IMG/VR virus record: IMGVR_UViG_3300021387_000688
Origin: a virus
Lineage: Duplodnaviria > Caudoviricetes
Length of the DNA: 64,000 nt
Direction: 5' to 3' (one strand)
Below, in pieces: positions 20,721-28,774 of the stretch (position 1 is its first letter; each line of letters starts with the position of its first letter). A program made the translations under genes and the position numbers. The notes beneath the pieces are model-generated. The model was not told the origin of the DNA. It saw nothing but the letters and a program-made list of their open reading frames with translations, and searched no databases.

Positions 20721-22247
20721 TCATTCCCCATACAATTTACCGTTGTTATCCAATATTAAACCTTTTCCAAATGGTGCGAGAGGCCATAATTTATTAAAAG
20801 TAATAGTGCCTGCCATTGGATAACCATCTTTATCCGTATGTACCATGTCATATACAAAATCTACATCTTCCGGAATGAAAGGCCCCATTTTTATTTTGGC
20901 ATTTGAAGTATTTTTACAGAAAGTTTCTATTGAAGTTTGGTTATGCACGTATGTAGGTGCATAACCAAAATATAAATAGAAAAATGACCCTGTACCTGAT
21001 AATGTATTGAACACAGATTCTGCTGCAGCTCCTTCCAAATACATTTCATAATTAACCATTTCTTTCAAAATAGATAAAAGTCCGTCCCCAGATGCCTCAT
21101 CTTTATCGCTTTTTATTACTTGGAAATCTTGACCGTCTTCTCCTTTTTGTTTCAAAGTTACTTGGTTCCCTTCATATTTTGTTTTACCATCTTCAGTTGT
21201 ATAACCGTTTCTAAAAGCATTTTGCCAACCTATCCAAGTTGCACGTACCTTATCTGTAGCCCCAGTGCTCCAGTCATCCCAATCCTTTGCATATCTAGCT
21301 ATATCCCCTTCACTGTCCCCTTTAGGATTTATTTTAGGTAATAATTTTTTTAAATTCTTAAAAGCTGCTTTGGCATCTTTCTTTGCGGCGTTTTTAGCAT
21401 CTCTGCCAGATCCAGAGTCTGTAGATACTGTTACATAGTTATCTAAATGACCCAACAATTCGTCCATGTATTTATCTGCTGCGTCTAAGGCCTCAGATTC
21501 TTTAGATTCAGATATAAGGGATTTTGAAGCGGCTTGCAATTTTCTAGTGTATTCAGCTAATCCTTTTGCATCTCCTTTAACTATAGTTCCAGTGGCTTTT
21601 ACAATATGTCCTAAAGCTTGTTGGGTGTAAGGTACGCTATTAGTAGAAGCAACAGATACTAAACCTGGGCGAGGAGTAGTACCATCAGGGTAGTATACAT
21701 CGGATACCCCTGGTAATAAAGCATCCTTTATGGTTTTTATAGGTTCCCATACTTCTGCTTTTGCATCAAAAAGGTTGCATTTACCATATGCAAATTCAAC
21801 TGTAAGTTTTCCTCCGGCTTGAGTTATTGCAGGAGCAGCCTTTCTATAGGGGACTTTATATTTTAAACCCAACGCGAATTGATCGAAAAAGTCTGCAATA
21901 CTAGCATCATCTTTTCCGCTCATTTGTAAGGCCATAGACATTAAAGATAATATTTGCCCTTTTGTATCTGTACTAGAAGCATGACCCAAACTACCAGATA
22001 TGTTTCCTGAAAGAGAATCAGTCATTATCTTTTCTATTACAGCTTTAGTCTGATTAGAAAATTTATTATAAGCACCTTTTATTGTAGTTGCTCCATCTTC
22101 AAATTCTTCTTTATACCCAAAACCTATATGCTTTAAAGCTTCTATTTTTATATCACCTTTGAGTAATGCAGGCCCTACCGAAGTGTAGTTGCCACCGGTT
22201 TTCATGTATATTTTTTTACTAGTATCTATTAAAAAATTACTTGCCAT
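20721..22247 (-). CDS. Baseplate/tail-tube cap protein (gp48/gp54-like)
   Basis: C-terminal F.PEDVDFVYD...DKDGYPM.GTITF motif; late motif 4 nt upstream. Confidence 0.5.
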   Translation of the reverse strand: MASNFLIDTSKKIYMKTGGNYTSVGPALLKGDIKIEALKHIGFGYKEEFEDGATTIKGAYNKFSNQTKAVIEKIMTDSLSGNISGSLGHASSTDTKGQILSLMSMALQMSGKDDASIADFFDQFALGLKYKVPYRKAAPAITQAGGKLTVEFAYGKCNLFDAKAEVWEPIKTIKDALLPGVSDVYYPDGTTPRPGLVSVASTNSVPYTQQALGHIVKATGTIVKGDAKGLAEYTRKLQAASKSLISESKESEALDAADKYMDELLGHLDNYVTVSTDSGSGRDAKNAAKKDAKAAFKNLKKLLPKINPKGDSEGDIARYAKDWDDWSTGATDKVRATWIGWQNAFRNGYTTEDGKTKYEGNQVTLKQKGEDGQDFQVIKSDKDEASGDGLLSILKEMVNYEMYLEGAAAESVFNTLSGTGSFFYLYFGYAPTYVHNQTSIETFCKNTSNAKIKMGPFIPEDVDFVYDMVHTDKDGYPMAGTITFNKLWPLAPFGKGLILDNNGKLYGE

Positions 22248-22479
22248 AAATCAATTAGTTTATCTTGGCGCGTATTTAAAACATTTGCGCTAATTAACTA
22301 TGTCTTATTTGTTTTATATTCTTTTACAATTTTTATTAACCTGAAAAACATGGATTGTTTTTAATTTACTAATAACGATTGTAGAGAAGTCATCAAATGA
22401 ATAGTTGATGTAAATAATTGTAAACTTCGATTTTTAAGAAGAGAAGCAAAAGGCAAAATTAAATAGGAGATAAGTAATA

Positions 22480-24189
22480 ATGATGGTTTCAAAGATCAAC
22501 AAGCGTCCAGTAGCAAAACCAACAATTGCTAAAAAGGAAGCTGTTAAGAAAATGACAGAGAAAGCAGCACGTGCAGAAAAAGCTGCTTTAGTATGGAACA
22601 ACCACCCATTGTTTAAAGGTGAGTTGTCATCTATCAAGGAAGCAAAAGTTCGTCAGAATGCTGCTATCAACTTGACAAACCAGGCTCGTTATATGAAACA
22701 GTTGAACGAGCAGGAAACATCTACAGAGTTCCAGAGAATGGCACCTGCTAACATGATGAGATTGGTTCAGTTAACAATGACCAACTTGAATCGTGGAAAC
22801 GTATTCGCAGAGTACTCAATGGAAACTGCTCGTGATGCTATCTACTACATCAAGACATTCTTCTCTAAGAGCTCAGGTCCAAACGCTGGATTGATGGCTG
22901 AAAGATCTATGTCATATGATGGATCAGAAGGACAGGATCCATTCGGATTTGGTCCAAACGCTGATGAAGAATATCAGGTAGGTGGATACAATGGACGTAA
23001 TCCAATCTACGGTGGAAAGAAACGTGCTAACAACAACTACACAAACACAAACGCTCGTAAGGCTGTTTATGAAACTGTAGAATCTCGTTATGCTAACGAG
23101 TTGGCAAATGGTAAAGTAGAAGGTCTTACAATTTCTTGGGTTGGTGGTCCATTCGGAACTAACGGTGAATTGTATGTTCCAGGACAGTCTACAATTTATG
23201 CAGGAACAAATGAACAGGATGTAATCGCTATTCAGGATCCTTCAACTCTTGAGTATTTCGTAGCTCAGAAGTATAAGGGAGCAACTGTAGTAGAATCTCC
23301 AAGATCTGCTGAAGGTGGTCCAGTTACTGTAACTGTTGACTTCTCTGGTCTTGTAGAAGGTGAAGCACCTGCTACTATTAACGGATATGCTCGTTTCGAT
23401 TCAGAAACAGACTATGAAGGAAATCACCTCGGTGAAGTAAACTTGATGATGAGCGTTGCTGAGCTTCGTCCTCACAGAACATCTATTGGTGTATCTTGGA
23501 CAAAGTTGGCTGAGATTACTCTTGATGCTTCTTTCAACACTCAGATCGACGAAATCCTTTTGACATCTGCAGCTGATACAATTCACGCTCAGATGGATTA
23601 TCAGGCATTCAAGGAAGCTTATGCTTTCGCTTGTACAAACCCTAAGACATACACAGTTCACTTCGATGCTGCTTACTCAACAGACACAACTGGTGACAAG
23701 GGTACAAAAGATAGCTATACACAGACTGCTCAGACATTGTCTTCTGCAATCGAATTAGCTGGTGCTGCTCTTTACAGCGACATCAAACGTGGTGCTATCA
23801 ACAAGATGGTAGTTGGTGTATCTGTAGCTCCATATTTGAAACTTAACTTAGGTTTCGAACCAAAGGGACTTCAGGATCCAACAGGTGTTTACAAGATCGG
23901 TGAATTGGACGGAATCGAAGTATTCAAGGCTCCAGTAGAAGTTATCCCAGATAACGAGATCTTGTGTGTATACAAGAACGCTAAGGTAGAAAACGACGTT
24001 GCAATCGTATATGGTACATTAGTTCCATTCGTAAGCAACAAGTTGGAATATCCTACATTCTATACACGTGCTGGTCTTGCTTCATTCGGTGATCGTGCCG
24101 TATTGAACAGAAAGTATCTTGCACGTATCGTAATCGATAACTTGAAGGATCGTTTCAAGGGAACAGCTACAAACCCAACAGGTGAGTAA
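22480..24189 (+). CDS. gp23: Major capsid protein (T4 gp23-like, HK97 fold)
   Basis: LTNQARY, RLVQL...N....EYSM..A...IYY, L.P.R....VSW, IGELDGI.V, YGTLVP; highly biased codons; AGGAG SD; strong terminator. Confidence 0.88.
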   Translation: MMVSKINKRPVAKPTIAKKEAVKKMTEKAARAEKAALVWNNHPLFKGELSSIKEAKVRQNAAINLTNQARYMKQLNEQETSTEFQRMAPANMMRLVQLTMTNLNRGNVFAEYSMETARDAIYYIKTFFSKSSGPNAGLMAERSMSYDGSEGQDPFGFGPNADEEYQVGGYNGRNPIYGGKKRANNNYTNTNARKAVYETVESRYANELANGKVEGLTISWVGGPFGTNGELYVPGQSTIYAGTNEQDVIAIQDPSTLEYFVAQKYKGATVVESPRSAEGGPVTVTVDFSGLVEGEAPATINGYARFDSETDYEGNHLGEVNLMMSVAELRPHRTSIGVSWTKLAEITLDASFNTQIDEILLTSAADTIHAQMDYQAFKEAYAFACTNPKTYTVHFDAAYSTDTTGDKGTKDSYTQTAQTLSSAIELAGAALYSDIKRGAINKMVVGVSVAPYLKLNLGFEPKGLQDPTGVYKIGELDGIEVFKAPVEVIPDNEILCVYKNAKVENDVAIVYGTLVPFVSNKLEYPTFYTRAGLASFGDRAVLNRKYLARIVIDNLKDRFKGTATNPTGE

Positions 24190-24238
24190 TTGATCGAGGC
24201 CGAATAGGCCTCTCCTGAAAGTAAGATATAGAATAAAA

Positions 24239-24271
24239 AAAACCTCTACTGAAAAGTAGAGGTTTTATTTT
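24239..24271. terminator. Bidirectional terminator after the capsid gene
   Basis: AAAACCTCTACT-GAAA-AGTAGAGGTTTT. Confidence 0.9.
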
Positions 24272-24274
24272 TGG

Positions 24275-24781
24275 TTATAACAAATCTTCCCAATCATTAA
24301 CGCAATATGCATAACTTAAACCAGCTATGGCGCTTTCAACGGGTGTTTCAAAATCTTTAACTCTAAACTTAATACCCATTCTCTTTTCGAGATCTAGTAT
24401 CATTTCTCCTTTATAGCCTATTATTAGTCCTGGGCGTTGACATAATACTCTAGGACCTTTTTTAGTAAACTCTACATCAGATATTCCAAACTGCCGGATA
24501 TCGTTAATAGTTTTATCAACTACGTTACGGTCATAATATTTTCTGTATTCAGGAGAAGCCCAAGACATGTAAGTTTCTCCTGTAGTAGAAGTTTCATATT
24601 TACAGCCTGTCTCTTCTGCAAGTTTTAATAGATTTTCTTTTTCACTTTCTTGCATCTTATGCAAGTAAGCATTACAAAAATCTCTCATAAAGGCTTCTAC
24701 TTTTCCTGCATGAGAATGTTTCTTCTTAAAAGAATGATACCTATACTTAAGGCATTTTATATGGGCAATTATTCTATTCAT
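24275..24781 (-). CDS. Protein with a ribosomal S3-like type II KH RNA-binding domain
   Basis: GISDVEF....RVLCQRPGLIIGYKGEMILDLEKRMG matches S3 GISxIEI...TARPGIVIGKKG. Start moved to 24781 because TATATT lies 6 nt upstream. Confidence 0.7.
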   Translation of the reverse strand: MNRIIAHIKCLKYRYHSFKKKHSHAGKVEAFMRDFCNAYLHKMQESEKENLLKLAEETGCKYETSTTGETYMSWASPEYRKYYDRNVVDKTINDIRQFGISDVEFTKKGPRVLCQRPGLIIGYKGEMILDLEKRMGIKFRVKDFETPVESAIAGLSYAYCVNDWEDLL

Positions 24782-24831
24782 GATTATAATATAGATAAAT
24801 CCGGTTTGGATAATTTCATAAAAGATCGGTT

Positions 24832-24860
24832 TCGACAAAAATAAAGAAGCTAATTATAAT
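24832..24860 (+). promoter_or_regulatory. Sigma70-type promoter pointing into a gene-free interval
   Basis: TCGACA(24832-37)-17 nt-TATAAT(24855-60). Confidence 0.65.
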
Positions 24861-24866
24861 GTATTT

Positions 24867-25023
24867 TAACCGGTAAAGCCTGCCTCGAATAGCTGGCAGT
24901 TTACATATAATGAAAAAACTTAGGTTGCAAGTTTTTCTCTTTATTGAGTTAAAGTTTTTAAAGCAACCCTCTTTGTCAAAAGAAAAGCCCTATCTTTTTG
25001 ATAGGGCTTATCTTTTTGTTTTT
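24867..25023 (+). ncRNA. Candidate structured small RNA (hairpin plus H-type pseudoknot)
   Basis: Lies between the promoter and a terminator; hairpin 24873-24904; pseudoknot S1 24914-21/24929-36 and S2 24923-28/24963-68. Confidence 0.45.
24983..25023. terminator. Bidirectional terminator
   Basis: AAGCCCTATC-TTTTT-GATAGGGCTT with A-tract on the left and T-tracts on the right. Confidence 0.8.
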
Positions 25024-25048
25024 TAAATACCTTGTTTTGAAATTATTT

Positions 25049-25351
25049 TTAAATCAAGTTTTTGAAATAAAGAAGAGTTATCTCTTTAGGATCTAATCCT
25101 TCGTTAGTTTTCTCTTCATAAAACTTTTTATAATCTTTTCTTTCTTCTAAAAGGTAATGACTGATTGCTCCTGTTTTTAATATGGACTTCGCACATTTAT
25201 CAAAGTCGCTAGGAGATTTGGTTCCGTACACTCTTCCTTTAGAACCATGTAACTCAATATAATTATCTTCCCCAGCCTCTACTGTAAGTTGATATCCGTA
25301 CTTTTTATTAGCAGAGCTAATAGTCCCTTTGAAGCAATCTAGTTTAATCAT
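25049..25351 (-). CDS. Hypothetical protein
   Basis: 100-aa ORF with AAGGA SD, last gene of the nrdG operon. Confidence 0.65.
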   Translation of the reverse strand: MIKLDCFKGTISSANKKYGYQLTVEAGEDNYIELHGSKGRVYGTKSPSDFDKCAKSILKTGAISHYLLEERKDYKKFYEEKTNEGLDPKEITLLYFKNLI

Positions 25352-25359
25352 TTCAGTCC

Positions 25360-25887
25360 TTAAATTCGTCCTGTAAAATCAATATAGCTATTAACTTTAT
25401 TACCTTTTTCTATTTTCAAAACCCTCTGATTTGTTGAACCTCTAAACTTCAAATTGATTAGATGCTTATCTTCTTCAAAAGGCCCATCTACTACCATATC
25501 TACATAAGACAATAATTGCTGCACTTTAGGTTCATTAATCCTATCGTCTAAATTGTAACCTGTCCACAACCAAATGTCTTTTGTAGATCCAAATTCTTCT
25601 TTACACTTTTTAACTAACTCAATGACTCCATCGATGTTAAAATCTGATAAAGGTTCTCCGCCTAATACAGATAATCCTGAGATGTAACTTTTTGACAAAG
25701 ACCTTATTACCTTATTTTCCGAATCTGCATCCCATTTCTTTCCAGACCTTGGGTCCCATGCTTTTGAATTATGGCATCCTTTACAAGCATGTCCTTCCAT
25801 AGCCAATTGACATCCAGAAAAATATACAGAAACCCTTAAACCAGGGCCATCTGCAGTACTACAGACTCTTATCAATGAATAGTTCAA
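25360..25887 (-). CDS. nrdG: Anaerobic ribonucleotide reductase activating enzyme (radical SAM)
   Basis: DGPGLRVSVYFSGC...CKGCHN, LGGEPL, IWLWTGY, VDGPF, FRGSTNQR; TTG start with AGGAG SD. Confidence 0.95.
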   Translation of the reverse strand: MNYSLIRVCSTADGPGLRVSVYFSGCQLAMEGHACKGCHNSKAWDPRSGKKWDADSENKVIRSLSKSYISGLSVLGGEPLSDFNIDGVIELVKKCKEEFGSTKDIWLWTGYNLDDRINEPKVQQLLSYVDMVVDGPFEEDKHLINLKFRGSTNQRVLKIEKGNKVNSYIDFTGRI

Positions 25888-25890
25888 ACC

Positions 25891-26535
25891 TTACTCCTTT
25901 AACGCGTCGTTAGCATCATTAATTGCTTTTTCCATGGCAGACAAATAGGAAGCCTTGGCACTAGCGTCATCCATTTCTTTACGAGATTGTTGTTCCTTTA
26001 ATTGAACCAACTCATTGCGAAGGTTATTTATCACTGATTGACTTTCATTGTTTTCAATTCGAGCCTTTTCAAGTTCTCCAGATATACGTTTTGTACTTTC
26101 CTCTAGATCGTTATAACGATTAAGTAATTCATTTAATTCATTATTTTTAAGTTCCTTATCATGAATTACATTTTGAAAGTCTTTCTTCAATCCCTCTACA
26201 TATTCGTCAGAGTATTTTTGAATAACGTTAATTCCGAACTTTTCTTGTAAACGAGAAACGAGGGAATCTTTGTCAGACAGTAAATCATTCAGAGATTCGA
26301 TATCCTTTCTCAAATCAGCAATCTCTTCCTCCTTTGGTTCAATATTGTCCTCAACGAGATGTTTCACTGTTAAGTATGTTTTATTTTTCAAATCGAGGTA
26401 TTTATCCCTTTCTTCCTTGGCCTGAGATTCCCACTTTTGCCACTCCTCAGAACAATGGTCTCGATCTGCTTTCAATTTAAGTATGGCATCTTTGAACGAT
26501 GATAATTTTTCAAGTACTTCTGCTTCTGTCAACAT
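25891..26535 (-). CDS. Coiled-coil protein
   Basis: Heptad-rich, E/K/L-dominated sequence. Confidence 0.65.
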   Translation of the reverse strand: MLTEAEVLEKLSSFKDAILKLKADRDHCSEEWQKWESQAKEERDKYLDLKNKTYLTVKHLVEDNIEPKEEEIADLRKDIESLNDLLSDKDSLVSRLQEKFGINVIQKYSDEYVEGLKKDFQNVIHDKELKNNELNELLNRYNDLEESTKRISGELEKARIENNESQSVINNLRNELVQLKEQQSRKEMDDASAKASYLSAMEKAINDANDALKE

Positions 26536-26537
26536 TT

Positions 26538-26852
26538 TTACTTATTCTGTTCTCCGTATATTTGACCGTATGTAGGATAATCAGTAATAGGTTTCGGCCC
26601 TTTATATTCTTTTGAATTAGTTAGTTCATTGTCATCCTTTTTATACAAGAGGAGCTGAGTTAACAAAATTTGGGACCCTAATGGAATACTTATATCTTTG
26701 CAATTAGAATTCCAATCTCCATTAATCATTGGATGAGTTTCAATATGTTTTACTTCCCAACCTTCCTCTAATAACTTATCTACTTCTCCGCCGTTACAAA
26801 ATATATCACCGGCTTGATTTGCTTTAATTGTAAATCTAACTAACTTAAACAT
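26538..26852 (-). CDS. Hypothetical protein
   Basis: 104 aa; GAGG SD; VDKLLEEGWEVK motif. Confidence 0.65.
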   Translation of the reverse strand: MFKLVRFTIKANQAGDIFCNGGEVDKLLEEGWEVKHIETHPMINGDWNSNCKDISIPLGSQILLTQLLLYKKDDNELTNSKEYKGPKPITDYPTYGQIYGEQNK

Positions 26853-28650
26853 TTTTTTCCTCTTTAAGTAAATCTTCTATTTCAGCCACTGCTTTATCTA
26901 CATCAGGCCCATAACCTTCAACTTCTGAATTATCCGCAATATCCTTTTGGAGCGCTTCAATCTTCTTTTGAACATTATCGGCTTGTTTAAGTACTTCTTC
27001 ATCTTCTACTTCTACTGCAGGTTCTTCTTTTATCTCAGGTATTTCGGAATCTTCTTCTGCAGTTAAAGGCCTAGGTTTCTTAGTTTTCTTAGGCTTCTCA
27101 TCTACAGATTCCGATTCCTTTTCTGGTTCTCCAGAATACATTTTTACATAAGCTTCAGTACGTCTTTCAATTTCGTGTTCAATCCATTTAGACTGTCTCT
27201 TAGCAATTACATCAATTACTTTATCCATTTTGAAATCATACTTAGCTTGACTATAAGAACCGTCATCCAAATAGTTGTTATAAATCTTAATTAAGAAGTG
27301 ATTAATATCTAACCCTTTACTCTCCATTGATTTAAGATCTAAGTATTCAGAGAATTGAGAAAGTGCGCGCCTATCAATAGTTGACTTTGGAGTATAAAGT
27401 GCAATAATAAGTTCCTGTACAATACCAAATACCATGATTAAAATCATCATCATAACTTCAGTTGTACCAAACGAATTCGTAGACACTTTCTGTTCTGTAA
27501 TGTTTTCCAAAGTAGCTTTATTAGTAAACTTACTTTCAAGTGCAGGACCAATAATCATAAACATCTTGGCAGATTGTCCAACATCTCCACTATCGTTTTC
27601 GTAAGCGGATTGTATATCCCCTAGCGTCTGTAAAGACTTTGAAATGTTATCAGGATCGAATACAACTGGGCTACCATCTGGCCAAGTAAATCTTCCTTCT
27701 AGGTTTTCAATTTCTTGTTTAGCTTTATTATTTGTTTTATCTGCCAATTCGGTTAAACTATCCAAAGAAGTATTTGCAACAGAAGCTTCGATTTCTTTTT
27801 TAATAGTTGTAGCTAATTGGGCTTCGGAAGTAATGTTACGAATTTGATAAAGGCTTAAGTTTCTATAAACATTTACATCTTTTTGAACTTTTGCATTTCT
27901 TTCAGTCCAGTAATCGTCTGGAATAATTTCTTTACCTTTCCATTCAATTGGTTCTCTGGAATCACGTGCAACTGGGAACTCAGCCATTTCTGCACGATAC
28001 TCTTCAATGATTGGCCAAATCTTTGCGGCTTGAGTTGCAGCAGTATCAGCTGCATTGCTTGATGCATTTGTTCCTTTTACCAATGCCTTAAACTGTTCTT
28101 CATCTGAAACGTCTGCGGTACTACTATACTTTGCAATCTTTTCATAAGCTTGTTTAGCTTTCAAGATTTCATTTTGATTCTTACGTACAGCATCTCCAAT
28201 AGAAACAACTGACAAAGATATTGCAGTAATAAGAGATACTGTAATTAAGAATTTGTGCGCAAAGTTCCATCTTAGTTTAGGCTTATTTAATGCCAAAAAT
28301 GGTAAATCATTTTCCTTTAAACGAGCTTGTAATTCTTTAATTACACTTAACTGGGTTGCACACCAGAACTTAGCTGATGTAAAACCAATAGACATTAAAG
28401 TATAAACAATTCCTGCGGCAACTGAGATTGTAGCAATCTTAAAAATAGATTTTGATAATTCTGAGAAGAATACCAAATCGATGATCCCGGATACGAAAGA
28501 CAAAATAAGTAATGTCACTATCTTTCCTGATATCAGGATTTCAGTTGAATCGATAGTTGGTTTTTCAAAAAACTTTTCGCCTTTCTTACTTCCCCATTTC
28601 CAATGAATGGTTGGTAACTTAATTGTTCTTTTCTTTTTCGTATTTTTCAT
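26845..28650 (-). CDS. Multi-pass membrane protein with a large helical extracytoplasmic region
   Basis: Three N-terminal and one C-terminal hydrophobic helices, basic N-terminus, acidic tail. Confidence 0.65.
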   Translation of the reverse strand: MKNTKKKRTIKLPTIHWKWGSKKGEKFFEKPTIDSTEILISGKIVTLLILSFVSGIIDLVFFSELSKSIFKIATISVAAGIVYTLMSIGFTSAKFWCATQLSVIKELQARLKENDLPFLALNKPKLRWNFAHKFLITVSLITAISLSVVSIGDAVRKNQNEILKAKQAYEKIAKYSSTADVSDEEQFKALVKGTNASSNAADTAATQAAKIWPIIEEYRAEMAEFPVARDSREPIEWKGKEIIPDDYWTERNAKVQKDVNVYRNLSLYQIRNITSEAQLATTIKKEIEASVANTSLDSLTELADKTNNKAKQEIENLEGRFTWPDGSPVVFDPDNISKSLQTLGDIQSAYENDSGDVGQSAKMFMIIGPALESKFTNKATLENITEQKVSTNSFGTTEVMMMILIMVFGIVQELIIALYTPKSTIDRRALSQFSEYLDLKSMESKGLDINHFLIKIYNNYLDDGSYSQAKYDFKMDKVIDVIAKRQSKWIEHEIERRTEAYVKMYSGEPEKESESVDEKPKKTKKPRPLTAEEDSEIPEIKEEPAVEVEDEEVLKQADNVQKKIEALQKDIADNSEVEGYGPDVDKAVAEIEDLLKEEKNV

Positions 28651-28728
28651 GATAATCTTATTTAGTTTTCCTTAAAATCTGAATATCAATATAGAAAAAG
28701 AAACGGGATGGGAATTAAAAATGGCAAT

Positions 28729-28755
28729 AAAAAAGGCCTATACAACGTATAGGCC
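28729..28755 (-). terminator. Intrinsic terminator after the topoisomerase gene
   Basis: GGCCTATAC-xxx-GTATAGGCC followed by a T-run on the minus strand. Confidence 0.85.
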
Positions 28756-28774
28756 CGGAGGTACAAATTATAAC

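Noticed and set aside
24275-24838. Genuine ribosomal protein S3 gene (rpsC), and the ORF-track start at 24838
   Set aside because: Only the KH segment matches and the S3 C-terminal domain is missing; the extra N-terminal codons overlap the promoter.
24910-25026. 38-codon ORF MKKLRLQVF... inside the candidate sRNA
   Set aside because: No SD, no properly spaced -10, and it runs through the terminator hairpin; kept only as an alternative explanation.
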